From assembly GCA_017405345.1 (NCBI GenBank), contig JAFRAP010000058.1, positions 1-44,695 of the forward strand: a DNA stretch of 44,695 nucleotides, in the 5' to 3' direction. This DNA is from Candidatus Saccharimonadota bacterium (GTDB lineage: Bacteria; Patescibacteriota; Saccharimonadia; Saccharimonadales; Saccharimonadaceae). This document shows positions 9,852-18,821 of the stretch, piece by piece. How positions within the stretch are numbered: position 1 is the stretch's first letter; each line of letters opens with the position of its first letter. The translations under genes were made by a program, and so were the position numbers. Below the pieces are notes generated by a model. It was not told the origin of the DNA. It did no database searches and was given only the letters and a program-made list of their open reading frames with translations.

Positions 9852-10568
9852 ATGGGTCAAGACACCGTGCACGGGAGGATTAAATCCTCCATCGTTTTTT
9901 TGGCAATCATTGTCATAACGCTTGCCTCACCAAAACTTTTCATTCTGCACAAGCTGTTTTTCCTCGGCTGTGGCATCATCGCCATCCTGGAGATTTACCT
10001 GGCCTATCGCAGCCCATCACGCATCCGCACTATCAGAGAGCGTGAAATCCGCATGGCCATGATTAGCGAAACCATCATCATCAGTGGTGGCACCATTAGC
10101 TACCTCACCTTCATGCGCGAGCAAGTCATGCTCATCCAGCTCGGAGTTATTGTCTGCGACACCTTTGCCTACATCACCGGTAAGCTTTTTGGCTGCAAGT
10201 TCATCCGAGTTAAGCCTTTTCCAGAGATTTCTCCTAAGAAATCTTACGAAGGGCTAATCGGTGGCATCGCCTGCTCTACCATCTCCGTATTAGGTTTTTC
10301 TCTTTGGCAAAGCCAGCATGGCGCCGTTACCTTTTTAAACTTCCTGGCTATTACCTTCATCGGTGGCTTAACCGTGCTAGGCGATCTGCTCGGCAGTTTA
10401 ACTAAACGCCGGCTGGGCATTAAAGATAGTAACGCCTGCACGCATGATCACTGGCTGCTCCAATACCCCGAGCGGCTGATGAGCGGTTTTGGCGGATTTT
10501 TAGACCGTCTGGATTCAATCTTCTTTGTCAGTTTCACGCTGGGCATCATCTATAGTTTGGCCACATAG
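9852..10568 (+). CDS. cdsA: Phosphatidate cytidylyltransferase
   Basis: DTFAY, ISPKKSYEG, GDLLGSLTKRRLGIKDS and GGFLDRLDS. Confidence 0.88.
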   Translation: MGQDTVHGRIKSSIVFLAIIVITLASPKLFILHKLFFLGCGIIAILEIYLAYRSPSRIRTIREREIRMAMISETIIISGGTISYLTFMREQVMLIQLGVIVCDTFAYITGKLFGCKFIRVKPFPEISPKKSYEGLIGGIACSTISVLGFSLWQSQHGAVTFLNFLAITFIGGLTVLGDLLGSLTKRRLGIKDSNACTHDHWLLQYPERLMSGFGGFLDRLDSIFFVSFTLGIIYSLAT

Positions 10569-10579
10569 CTCCCACCTTT

Positions 10580-10616
10580 AAAGCCACTTGCAAAAGTGGC
10601 TTTTTCTTGCTATAAT
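10580..10616 (+). terminator. cdsA terminator overlapping the rplA promoter
   Basis: aaagccactt-gcaa-aagtggcttttt hairpin; TTGCAA (10588)-17 nt-TATAAT (10611). Confidence 0.7.
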
Positions 10617-10637
10617 AAAAAGATATTATTAACTTTG

Positions 10638-10668
10638 CTGGGAGAGCCTAAGCTCGTTTACACCACAG
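10638..10668 (+). promoter_or_regulatory. Putative L1 autoregulatory mRNA site
   Basis: ctg-GGAG-agc..gct..ACCAC-ag resembles the L1-binding GGGAG/ACCAC motif and abuts the rplA SD. Confidence 0.6.
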
Positions 10669-10678
10669 AAAGGAATTT

Positions 10679-11530
10679 ATGGCAGAAGAAACTTTTGCTA
10701 AATCTGGTAAAAAATCTAAGAAACATGCCGAGGAAGTCAAGGCCGAAGAAGAGCGCCAAGCTCGTAAGGCCGAGCGCGCTGAGGCTGAGGCAGCAGCCGA
10801 GAAGAAGCCTAAAGGTGCTGCACCTATTACTCACCCCAAGCTAGAGCGCCGCGGTAAAAAATACCAATCCGCCCATCAGCTCATTGATAAGTCTAAGGTC
10901 TACAATCTAAAAGACGCCATTGAGCTAGCCGTTAAATCCAGCCCAGTTAAGTTTGACGCCACCCTGGAAGCTCACGTTCGCCTTGGCGTAGACCCTCGCC
11001 AGGCAGACCAAAACATCCGCACCACTGTCGTTTTACCTAACGGCAACGGTAAAACCGTTAAGGTAGCGGTATTTGCTCCGCTTGATGAGTGCAAAAAAGC
11101 TGCTACCGCCGGAGCAGACATCGCCGAAGACGAAGAGTTCTTAAAGCAACTAGAGAAGGGCACTATCAACTTTGACGTACTCATTTCTACTCCTCAGTAC
11201 ATGCCAAAGCTCGGCAAATTTGCCCGTCTGCTTGGCCCTAAGGGCCTGATGCCCAACCCTAAGGCCGGCACCGTTACCACGGACATTGAAAAAGCCGTTA
11301 AAGAGGCTAAAGCTGGCAAAGTTGAGTACCGCGTAGACAAGCAGTCTATCGTGCACATCGGCCTAGGTAAAGTTTCCTTTGGCACAGACAAGCTCTTAGA
11401 GAACACTAACACTTTTCTAGACTCTCTAAAATCTCAGCGCCCAGCCTCTATTAAAGGCCAATACGTTAAGAGCATTTACCTCACTACCACCATGGGGCCA
11501 TCCATCGCAGTAGAGAATAGTTTTAACTAG
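10679..11530 (+). CDS. rplA: 50S ribosomal protein L1 with charged N-terminal extension
   Basis: [20 protein letters not shown] and TTMGP. Confidence 0.97.
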   Translation: MAEETFAKSGKKSKKHAEEVKAEEERQARKAERAEAEAAAEKKPKGAAPITHPKLERRGKKYQSAHQLIDKSKVYNLKDAIELAVKSSPVKFDATLEAHVRLGVDPRQADQNIRTTVVLPNGNGKTVKVAVFAPLDECKKAATAGADIAEDEEFLKQLEKGTINFDVLISTPQYMPKLGKFARLLGPKGLMPNPKAGTVTTDIEKAVKEAKAGKVEYRVDKQSIVHIGLGKVSFGTDKLLENTNTFLDSLKSQRPASIKGQYVKSIYLTTTMGPSIAVENSFN

Positions 11531-11958
11531 AAATGATGGTAGTTGCTGTTGTTAGATATTTCCTGCGCGCGATAAATCTGCTCTACGGTCATCACTCGCG
11601 CTAGCATGTGCGGAAAAACTAGGTTAGAGAAGCTCCAGACAAAATCTGCCCGCTCTCTTGCCTCATCTGACATACCCCCAGCTCCACCAATGATGATCAC
11701 CGCCTCACAAGACGAAGTAAAGATTTTGTTTAATTTATCCGCCAATTCTGGTGAGCTGATATTTTTACCACGCTCATCCGCCACAATCACCACCGTGTCT
11801 GGGCCAAAATCCCACTCTGCAACAATCTGCTCCAGTTTATCCTCGTCCACGATCTGCCACTCAATATTAAACGGCTGACGTAGCCGCTTTTCGTAGTCTG
11901 CGCAGGCCTCTTCCACCCAGCTAACGTGCTTCTTGCCCCCGGCGATGATTTTAATCAT
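11527..11958 (-). CDS. rlmH: 23S rRNA pseudouridine-1915 N3-methyltransferase RlmH
   Basis: SPOUT motifs DERGK, IIGGAGG, FPHMLAR, EQIYRA, YHH; AAGGAG SD. Confidence 0.93.
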   Translation of the reverse strand: MIKIIAGGKKHVSWVEEACADYEKRLRQPFNIEWQIVDEDKLEQIVAEWDFGPDTVVIVADERGKNISSPELADKLNKIFTSSCEAVIIIGGAGGMSDEARERADFVWSFSNLVFPHMLARVMTVEQIYRAQEISNNSNYHHF

Positions 11959-12003
11959 GGTTACTCCTTGCCTTTTTCCAGGTTATTTGATATAATTATA
12001 ACA

Positions 12004-12090
12004 GTTACCAAAGACAGTGGCGAGGATTTTTTAGAAAATCCTTTAATCATGCCACCGAGGGAATATCTCTTATATCACTAGATTGGTAAC
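12004..12090 (+). ncRNA. L10 leader (rplJ autoregulatory RNA)
   Basis: gttaccaa/ttggtaac outer stem, AAGACAG-tggc...gcca-CCGAGG kink-turn-like core, inner aggatttt/aaaatcct stem. Confidence 0.8.
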
Positions 12091-12141
12091 GTCTTTTAAC
12101 AATTCGTTAGCTAATCTATTAAATCTAACCAAAGGAACTTT

Positions 12142-12663
12142 ATGGCTATTTCAAAAGATAAGAAGCAAACTTTGGTTGCTGATTTAACCACACTACTAAA
12201 AAGTGCCAAGACCACCGTTTACGCTCGTTACCAGGGCTTAACTGTGGCCGAGTTACAGGAGCTTCGCAAGTCCGCGCGTGAAGCCGGCGTAAAGATCAAG
12301 GTGGTAAAGAACCGCCTCGTCCGTATAGCCATGGGCGAAATCGCTGTTTACAAAGACACCGATACTACCGGCCTCACTGGCCAGCTACTCTATGCGGTAT
12401 CAGATAGTGACGAAGTTGCTCCTGCTAAGGTATTAGCTGAGTTCGCCAAGACTCACGATGCTCTTGCCATCGCTGGTGGCTTTAGTGACCTAGGTGCCAA
12501 TCTCTCAGAAGACGAGATTAAGGCTCTAGCCGCTCTGCCCAGCAAAAACGAGCTCATCGCTGGCGTGGTGGCCCAGCTGCTTTCTCCAGTTACGGATTCC
12601 GTCTCCGGTCTTGCCGGTGGCATTTCTGGCATCCTCTCTGGCCTAGAAGCTAAAGCAAGTTAA
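12142..12663 (+). CDS. rplJ: 50S ribosomal protein L10
   Basis: YQGLTVAELQELR, VVKNRL, LPSKNEL. Confidence 0.95.
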   Translation: MAISKDKKQTLVADLTTLLKSAKTTVYARYQGLTVAELQELRKSAREAGVKIKVVKNRLVRIAMGEIAVYKDTDTTGLTGQLLYAVSDSDEVAPAKVLAEFAKTHDALAIAGGFSDLGANLSEDEIKALAALPSKNELIAGVVAQLLSPVTDSVSGLAGGISGILSGLEAKAS

Positions 12664-12701
12664 ATCAGCAATCTATTAAATATTAATTAAAGGAGAATTC
12701 T

Positions 12702-13088
12702 ATGTCAGTAGATATTAAAAAGCTAGCTGAAGAGCTAGTAAACCTAACCGTTCTTGAAGTCAACGAACTTAAGAACACCCTTAAAGATGAATACGGCATT
12801 GAGCCTGCTGCTGCCGCTGTAGCTGTGGCTGCTGGCCCTGCCGCTGGTGGCGAAGCTGCTGCCGCTGATGAAGGCAAGTCTGAGTACAATGTCGTCTTGA
12901 AAGACGCCGGTGCTCAGAAGATTGCCGTAATCAAGGCCGTTAAAGAGGCCACCGGTCTTGGCCTTGGTGAAGCTAAAGCCATCGTTGATGGCGCTCCTGC
13001 CACCGTCAAAGAGGCCGTCAAGGCTGACGAGGCAGAAGCCATGAAGAAGGCACTTGAAGAGGCCGGCGCTACCGTTGAGCTAGCCTAA
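12702..13088 (+). CDS. rplL: 50S ribosomal protein L7/L12
   Basis: [20 protein letters not shown] and Ala-rich hinge. Confidence 0.97.
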   Translation: MSVDIKKLAEELVNLTVLEVNELKNTLKDEYGIEPAAAAVAVAAGPAAGGEAAAADEGKSEYNVVLKDAGAQKIAVIKAVKEATGLGLGEAKAIVDGAPATVKEAVKADEAEAMKKALEEAGATVELA

Positions 13089-13114
13089 CCCCCCGCTAAC
13101 GAATTGTTCCAATA

Positions 13115-13145
13115 AAAAACTCCCGCTTAAAAACCGGGAGTTTTT
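13115..13145. terminator. Bidirectional intrinsic terminator
   Basis: aaaaactcccg...cgggagttttt between convergent genes. Confidence 0.8.
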
Positions 13146-13157
13146 GGTTTGGTAAAA

Positions 13158-13355
13158 TCAAGTGTGCACTACGGCCTGTGCCAGACAATATGTACGATAA
13201 TAACCGCCCGTTGGGCTGTCTGTGACAGATGTCGCTATAGATACTCCACCCTGAGGAGTCCAGCCTTTGCTCAGCGCATCTGTTATCTGCGCATCTAGTC
13301 TTTTTGAGACTTCATCTAGGTCTTCACCAGTTGCCCAAAACGTAAAATACTGCAT
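13158..13355 (-). CDS. Small DUF1737-like protein
   Basis: Pattern ITDALSKGWTPQGGVS...AQAVV; GAGGAGG SD. Confidence 0.6.
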   Translation of the reverse strand: MQYFTFWATGEDLDEVSKRLDAQITDALSKGWTPQGGVSIATSVTDSPTGGYYRTYCLAQAVVHT

Positions 13356-13356
13356 T

Positions 13357-13539
13357 CTACTCCTCCTCTCTCTTGATTAAGGCCTGCGTCAAAACAGCAC
13401 ATACCTTATTGTCAGAAGTTTCTTCCGTAGAGGCTTGCAAGCTACCATAAAGTTCCCAACCGTCCGCCAGCTTTTTGTTCACATCAGTTACAAAAACCGC
13501 CGCTTTTTCCACTTTACCGACTACTACATCGTACTTCAT
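13357..13539 (-). CDS. Small DUF1737-like protein
   Basis: Pattern VNKKLADGWELYGS...TQALIK; AAGGAGGT SD places the start at 13539. Confidence 0.6.
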   Translation of the reverse strand: MKYDVVVGKVEKAAVFVTDVNKKLADGWELYGSLQASTEETSDNKVCAVLTQALIKREEE

Positions 13540-13739
13540 CGTCCCACCTCCTTCATGTGTCAAAAAAACAGTTGATACTATCGTTATAACATGCTTTTAT
13601 CTAAAAATCAAGTAAGCATCTTTTTTACAACGTTTAGTCATTGTTCTCTGTTAAACTTGTGGAAAAATTAAACTTGACTTTTTTATCGTGACAATATAAT
13701 ATAATAATAATACTATCTTTAAACAGACAGGATGCGAGG

Positions 13740-14258
13740 ATGTCTGAATTACCAGAAAAACAAATAAAGCGGTTACGCACTCTGATTAGCGAGGCAGAGA
13801 CCAACCTCTCTGCTGCTCGCGAGCTACTCGTGTCTGTCCTAGGCGATGGCGAGGCCATCACCGCTCCACGTGATGTCGTCATTGCTGGCCCTGATGGTAA
13901 AGTTGTGGAGGGCGTCTTTGACGGCCAAATCATGATTGATTCAGATGGCAAGAACTACCCTGTTCCCGCCAATTACGCCTCTAAGTCCAAGCTCGTAGAG
14001 GGAGACATCATGAAGCTCACCATCACCCCAGAGGGCAAATTCCTCTATAAGCAAATCGGCCCAGTTGAACGTCGCACCGTCATCGGCACTCTCACTCACC
14101 ACGATGATAAATACTACGTGGAAGTCGCAGGCAAAGAATACGAAGTGCTTTACGCTTCCGTCACTTACTTCCGCTTAAAAGAGGGTCAGCAGGTCTCTGT
14201 CGTCATCCCCGCGAACGACGACAAAGCCACCTGGGCAGCCGTAGAAGCCGCCCTCTAA
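13740..14258 (+). CDS. Hypothetical protein of a type recalled from CPR genomes
   Basis: VVEGVFDGQ..YPVPANYASKSKLVEGD motif (recalled, not searched); function unknown. Confidence 0.7.
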   Translation: MSELPEKQIKRLRTLISEAETNLSAARELLVSVLGDGEAITAPRDVVIAGPDGKVVEGVFDGQIMIDSDGKNYPVPANYASKSKLVEGDIMKLTITPEGKFLYKQIGPVERRTVIGTLTHHDDKYYVEVAGKEYEVLYASVTYFRLKEGQQVSVVIPANDDKATWAAVEAAL

Positions 14259-14263
14259 CAAAG

Positions 14264-14285
14264 AGCACCCAAGTGGTGCTTTTTT
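14264..14285 (+). terminator. Intrinsic terminator
   Basis: agcacc-caagt-ggtgct followed by a T tract. Confidence 0.7.
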
Positions 14286-14302
14286 GATGTATAATAAAAC
14301 CA

Positions 14303-15703
14303 ATGGGAAAGGCATTATACCGAAAATACCGGCCGCTAAGGCTCCAGGATGTAGTTGGTCAAGAGCCAGTCATCAAGAGTCTAGAGCTTGCCATTAAGCA
14401 AGATAAGATATCTCATGCCTATCTTTTTACCGGGCCTCGCGGCTGTGGCAAAACTTCCGTTGCCCGCATTTTTGCCCACGAGATTAACCACTTTAAGTAT
14501 AGCCTGGAAGATAGTTACGTTGACATCATAGAGCTAGATGCCGCCTCTAATCGCGGCATTGAGGATATTCGCGAGCTTCGCGAGAAAGCCGCTATCGCTC
14601 CCACGGAAGGGAAATACAAGGTTTATATCTTAGACGAGGTGCACATGCTCACCCGTGAGGCCTTTAATGCCTTTTTAAAGATTCTGGAAGAGCCACCAGC
14701 CCACGTCGTCTTTATCATGGCCACTACTAACCCAGAAAAACTTCCCGTCACCATCACCTCTCGGGCTGCTATTTATTCTTTTAGTCTGGCACCGGCACCA
14801 ATTATGACCACCCACTTACAGCAGATTGCCAAAGCCGAAAAAATCTCCATCACTAATGAGGCCTTGGCTGTCGTCGTCAAGCGCGGTGGCGGTTCTTTCA
14901 GAGATTCCATTTCGCTTTTAGACCAACTCTCCACTCTTTCTACCGGCAAAATCACCGCCAAATTAGTAGAGCAAGCCCTGGGCTTACCTCAGGCTGAACT
15001 TATCCAAAATCTCTTGCAGGCTTTTGCTAGTGGCGACGCCAGCGCCATCACTACTAGTTTAGCGACCGCTATTAACGCCGGAGTAAAGGAAGAGGCTCTG
15101 GTGGAAGAGTTACTAGAGCAAATTATCGCCAATCCGCTCCCAGAATATTTGCCACTACTCGCCAAGCTCTCAGATGTTACCGCCCCCTTCATCACTGCCA
15201 AACTCCTCACCGCCTTCCTCGGCGAAGGCAGCATTAACAGGACAGCGCCTTCTCTCGCAGGGCTTGGCGCAGCACGGGTGACGACCTCAGAGGGGGACCC
15301 CCGACGCGCGCAACGCAGAGAGCACGTCGGGGGAGGAGAGGTCGGCAGGACCAGTGCCGCCAACGCTGCAGATTTTTCTTGGAGCGACTTCCTCACAAAA
15401 GTAGAGCAAAACGGCTCCGCCAGCGTCTACAACAGCTTAGTCGCCTGCCAGCATCTCTTTGTAGACGGTACTTTACATCTCTATCCTAAAAAGCTCGGCG
15501 AACGCATCTTGAATTCCCCTAATAACAAAGCTATCCTAACTGCCGAGTTGGGCGCTATTAATCTCGCCATTCACACCGCTAGCGAAACTCCTCCAGTTTT
15601 AGATCAACCCACTCAGAACAATTCCTCACCGCTCGCTCAAGTTTTTGATATAATAGATGGAACACAGGAGGTTAACTATGCCGGAGAGCTCCCCTTCAAC
15701 TAA
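14303..15703 (+). CDS. dnaX: DNA polymerase III subunit gamma/tau
   Basis: LYRKYRP, GPRGCGKT, DAASNRG, DEVHML, EEPP. Confidence 0.95.
   Translation: MGKALYRKYRPLRLQDVVGQEPVIKSLELAIKQDKISHAYLFTGPRGCGKTSVARIFAHEINHFKYSLEDSYVDIIELDAASNRGIEDIRELREKAAIAPTEGKYKVYILDEVHMLTREAFNAFLKILEEPPAHVVFIMATTNPEKLPVTITSRAAIYSFSLAPAPIMTTHLQQIAKAEKISITNEALAVVVKRGGGSFRDSISLLDQLSTLSTGKITAKLVEQALGLPQAELIQNLLQAFASGDASAITTSLATAINAGVKEEALVEELLEQIIANPLPEYLPLLAKLSDVTAPFITAKLLTAFLGEGSINRTAPSLAGLGAARVTTSEGDPRRAQRREHVGGGEVGRTSAANAADFSWSDFLTKVEQNGSASVYNSLVACQHLFVDGTLHLYPKKLGERILNSPNNKAILTAELGAINLAIHTASETPPVLDQPTQNNSSPLAQVFDIIDGTQEVNYAGELPFN
15272..15357 (+). repeat. In-frame palindromic element, copy 1 (in dnaX)
   Basis: 76/86 nt identical to 22213-22298; nested inverted repeats; encodes ARVTTSEGDPRRAQRREHVGGGEVGRT. 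Confidence 0.92.
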
Positions 15704-17051
15704 AGGTGGCCGAATTCCACCCCAAGATATTGACGCCGAAAAATCTCTACTCGGTGCCATTTTGATTTCAGAAAAATCCTTCCCAGAAATTATCACCAAG
15801 ATTGCTCCTGCCGATTTTTACGACTCTCGCCACGCTCAGATTTTTCAAGGCATGGCAAATCTCTACAATAACGGCAAACCGATTGATCTATTAACCTTAA
15901 CTGCCGAGCTTAAACGCAGCAAGAATTTACGCTCCGTCGGTGGCTCTCCCTACCTCACCGAGTTAACCACCTTTGTTCCAGCCGCCACTCACGCCCTAGC
16001 CTATGCCGATATCATAGAGCAGACCGCTTTGCGTCGCCGTCTGATTGAGGCCGGCACGCAAATTGCCACTAAGGCTTATGCCGACGATAGCAGTGTAGAC
16101 GAGCTAATTGGCAACGCAGAGAAAGATCTTTATGCCGTTTCTAACCAAGCCGGCAAAAGCGATTATATCTCTATGGAAGACCTCTTAATTAACGCTTTTG
16201 ACCGGATTGAAAATCTCCATAAAAATCGCGGTGCCTTGCGCGGCTTAAAAACCGGCTTTCACGACTTAGACAAGCTCACCGCTGGCCTACAAAAAGGAGA
16301 TCTTATCATCGTTGGCGCTCGTCCTGCCATGGGTAAGACTACCTTCGCCCAAAATGTCGCCGTAAACGTCTGTAATTACAATAAAGACACTGGCGTGTTA
16401 TTCTTCTCAGCAGAAATGGCCTCTAATGAAATCATTGATCGTATGATTTCTGAAGTGTCCGGCATAGATAACTGGAAAATCCGCACCGGTAACATATCTG
16501 ATGCTGATTTTGCCAAAATCGGCGATACTCTAAGCGAAATGAGCGAGCTACCACTCTATATTGATGATACTAGCGCACTTAATATCGTTGAGCTACGCAA
16601 CCGCGCCCGTCGCGCCAAGCACGAACATCCAGAAATCGGCCTGATTGTCATTGACTACCTCCAGCTCTTGCAAGGTACAGACCGCTACGCCGGCAATCGT
16701 GTCCAAGAAGTCACTGAAATTTCTCGTGGGTTAAAGACTCTGGCGCGCGAGCTAGAAATACCCGTCATGGCACTAGCCCAGCTCTCTCGTAATGTAACTG
16801 GACGCGAGAATCCTCGCCCCGTCCTCTCAGACTTACGTGAGTCTGGCTCCATTGAGCAAGATGCCGACCTAGTGATGTTCTTGCATCGTGTAGATTATTA
16901 CCATATTGGCGAAGAAGATTATGAGGATACCAACATCACCGAGCTTATCCTGGCCAAGCATCGCCACGGTGCCACCAACACCGTAAAACTCTACTTCCAG
17001 AAAGAGCTTAACCGCTTTATGTCCTATGATGATACCCACGCCGAACAATAA
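15678..17051 (+). CDS. dnaB: Replicative DNA helicase
   Basis: GARPAMGKT, IDYLQL, LSDLRESGSIEQDAD; AGGAGG SD before ATG 15678. Confidence 0.96.
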   Translation: MPESSPSTKGGRIPPQDIDAEKSLLGAILISEKSFPEIITKIAPADFYDSRHAQIFQGMANLYNNGKPIDLLTLTAELKRSKNLRSVGGSPYLTELTTFVPAATHALAYADIIEQTALRRRLIEAGTQIATKAYADDSSVDELIGNAEKDLYAVSNQAGKSDYISMEDLLINAFDRIENLHKNRGALRGLKTGFHDLDKLTAGLQKGDLIIVGARPAMGKTTFAQNVAVNVCNYNKDTGVLFFSAEMASNEIIDRMISEVSGIDNWKIRTGNISDADFAKIGDTLSEMSELPLYIDDTSALNIVELRNRARRAKHEHPEIGLIVIDYLQLLQGTDRYAGNRVQEVTEISRGLKTLARELEIPVMALAQLSRNVTGRENPRPVLSDLRESGSIEQDADLVMFLHRVDYYHIGEEDYEDTNITELILAKHRHGATNTVKLYFQKELNRFMSYDDTHAEQ

Positions 17052-17068
17052 TATGCTATAATACTTAT

Positions 17069-18514
17069 GTGAAGAAAATTATTATTTCTAGACTTTTTTT
17101 GTATAAGCATCGCTTTGGAATTGTCTATACTTTGCTGGCTTTAGCCTTCATCGGGCTACTCTTTCTGATGCCGCTGATTGCTCCCGCTGGGCTTTCTCAA
17201 GCCGAGATGGAATCCGTTGTCACTTCTAATAATACTAATCTCACCACCATTATGCATGGCGACATCGTTGACTTGCCTTATCACATCTTACAAAAATACT
17301 CCGTAAAATTCCTAGGGTTACACCCCTACGCCATTAAGCTACCCAGCATCATCATTGGCCTTATCTTAGGGCTACTGCTAATCGCCCTCTTAAACCGCTG
17401 GTTTAAAAACAATGTCGCGATTATTGCTAGCATCCTTACCGTACTGTCTTCTAGCTTTCTTTATGTGGCTAACTCGGGTACACCATTAATCATGCTGGTC
17501 TTTTGGCCCACGCTTTTACTCTGGCTAGGCTCAAAAATCCAGGGTAAGCACGCCCCTCGCCCCATTTGGTGCTTTATCTTTGCCTTCTTTTTGCTTTTAT
17601 CTATTCTCACACCATACCTGATTTATTTAGCCATGCTGATAGTTTTCTTCGTCCTGATTAGCCCGCATCTACGTTTCACCATCAAGAGCCTCCCAAAAAT
17701 CCCACTCATTCTCACCGGGCTAGTAATTTTAGCTGGCACTGGCTTAATTGGTTATATTAGCTTGCGTCACCCCACCGCTCTTGCTACCCTTACCTTCATA
17801 CCAGATTTTAGCTGGGGGCAATATTTAAAAAATCTCACCTCTGCTTTCTTGCCGTTCTTTTCTTGGCACGGCAATGTAGAGTCCACCTTCCTCTCGCCGC
17901 TCGTTGGCTTAGCCAGCTTAGCACTTGCTCTAGCCGGGCTATTCTCCACCGCCAAAGGCTTCTTTGCCTCACGCAATTCCATCGCCAGCTTTTTAATTGT
18001 CTATACTGTTATCATCTCAGGGTTGTTCCCAGATGCTGCTATTTTATTAATTCTTCCGCTGGCCATTTTAATTGCTCACGGTATCCGCTACATCCTTACC
18101 AAATGGTATGACCTTTTCCCAGAAAACCCTTACGCCCGGGTCTTTGCTATTATTCCTATCAGTATCTTTCTTGGTGTAATTATTATTTCGGATGTCGCTC
18201 ATTTTATGTTTGGCTATCGCTACAATCCACCAGTGGCCAGGGAATTTAACAACGATCTCCAGCTAATTGAACAAAATATCAGCGACGACACTATCCTACT
18301 TATTCCTGGTGGCACTTTAGAATATGATTTTTACAAGATTCTGGAGCAGCATACCAATATTACCGTTACTAGCAATTTACCAGAGGCCTCTACCGCCAGT
18401 CATATTGCCTCGCTTGGCAAGTGGCCAACCGATTTAGAGCTTAGCCTAGTAGAGATTATCACCTCGTCAAAATCTGAAAATTCTGATAGAATATACATAT
18501 ACACAGCTAACTAG
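17069..18514 (+). CDS. Polytopic membrane protein, probable GT-C/PMT-type glycosyltransferase
   Basis: Many TM segments and a P-Y-H...AIKLPSII pattern like ArnT/PMT_2. Confidence 0.55.
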   Translation: MKKIIISRLFLYKHRFGIVYTLLALAFIGLLFLMPLIAPAGLSQAEMESVVTSNNTNLTTIMHGDIVDLPYHILQKYSVKFLGLHPYAIKLPSIIIGLILGLLLIALLNRWFKNNVAIIASILTVLSSSFLYVANSGTPLIMLVFWPTLLLWLGSKIQGKHAPRPIWCFIFAFFLLLSILTPYLIYLAMLIVFFVLISPHLRFTIKSLPKIPLILTGLVILAGTGLIGYISLRHPTALATLTFIPDFSWGQYLKNLTSAFLPFFSWHGNVESTFLSPLVGLASLALALAGLFSTAKGFFASRNSIASFLIVYTVIISGLFPDAAILLILPLAILIAHGIRYILTKWYDLFPENPYARVFAIIPISIFLGVIIISDVAHFMFGYRYNPPVAREFNNDLQLIEQNISDDTILLIPGGTLEYDFYKILEQHTNITVTSNLPEASTASHIASLGKWPTDLELSLVEIITSSKSENSDRIYIYTAN

Positions 18515-18524
18515 GAGTTAAACT

Positions 18525-18821
18525 ATGGGTGCCACTATGGACCAAATGAAGATGCTCAATCAATTACGCAAGGCGCAGAAAGAGCTAAAGAACGAAATTG
18601 TAGAAGTAGAGGCCGGTGACGGCGCCGTTGTCGTCCAAATTACCGGGGAATTAAAGGTAAAAAAGGTTACTATTGATCCAGCTCGCGTAGACCTAGAAGA
18701 TATCCAGGAGCTGGAGCGCTGGATTGAAAATTGCTTCCGTGATGGTTACGCTAAAGCCCAAGAAATTGCCACCGATAAAATGAAGCCCCTCATGGGTGCA
18801 CTTGGGAACTTGGGGCTTTAA
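18525..18821 (+). CDS. ybaB: YbaB/EbfC nucleoid-associated protein
   Basis: EAGDGAVVVQITGE...IDP, immediately upstream of recR. Confidence 0.88.
   Translation: MGATMDQMKMLNQLRKAQKELKNEIVEVEAGDGAVVVQITGELKVKKVTIDPARVDLEDIQELERWIENCFRDGYAKAQEIATDKMKPLMGALGNLGL

Noticed and set aside
15211-15252. cgccttc direct repeat and gaaggc inverted partner upstream of element copy 1, as a target-site duplication
   Set aside because: Both repeats lie on the same side of the element, have no equivalent at copy 2 and are too short.
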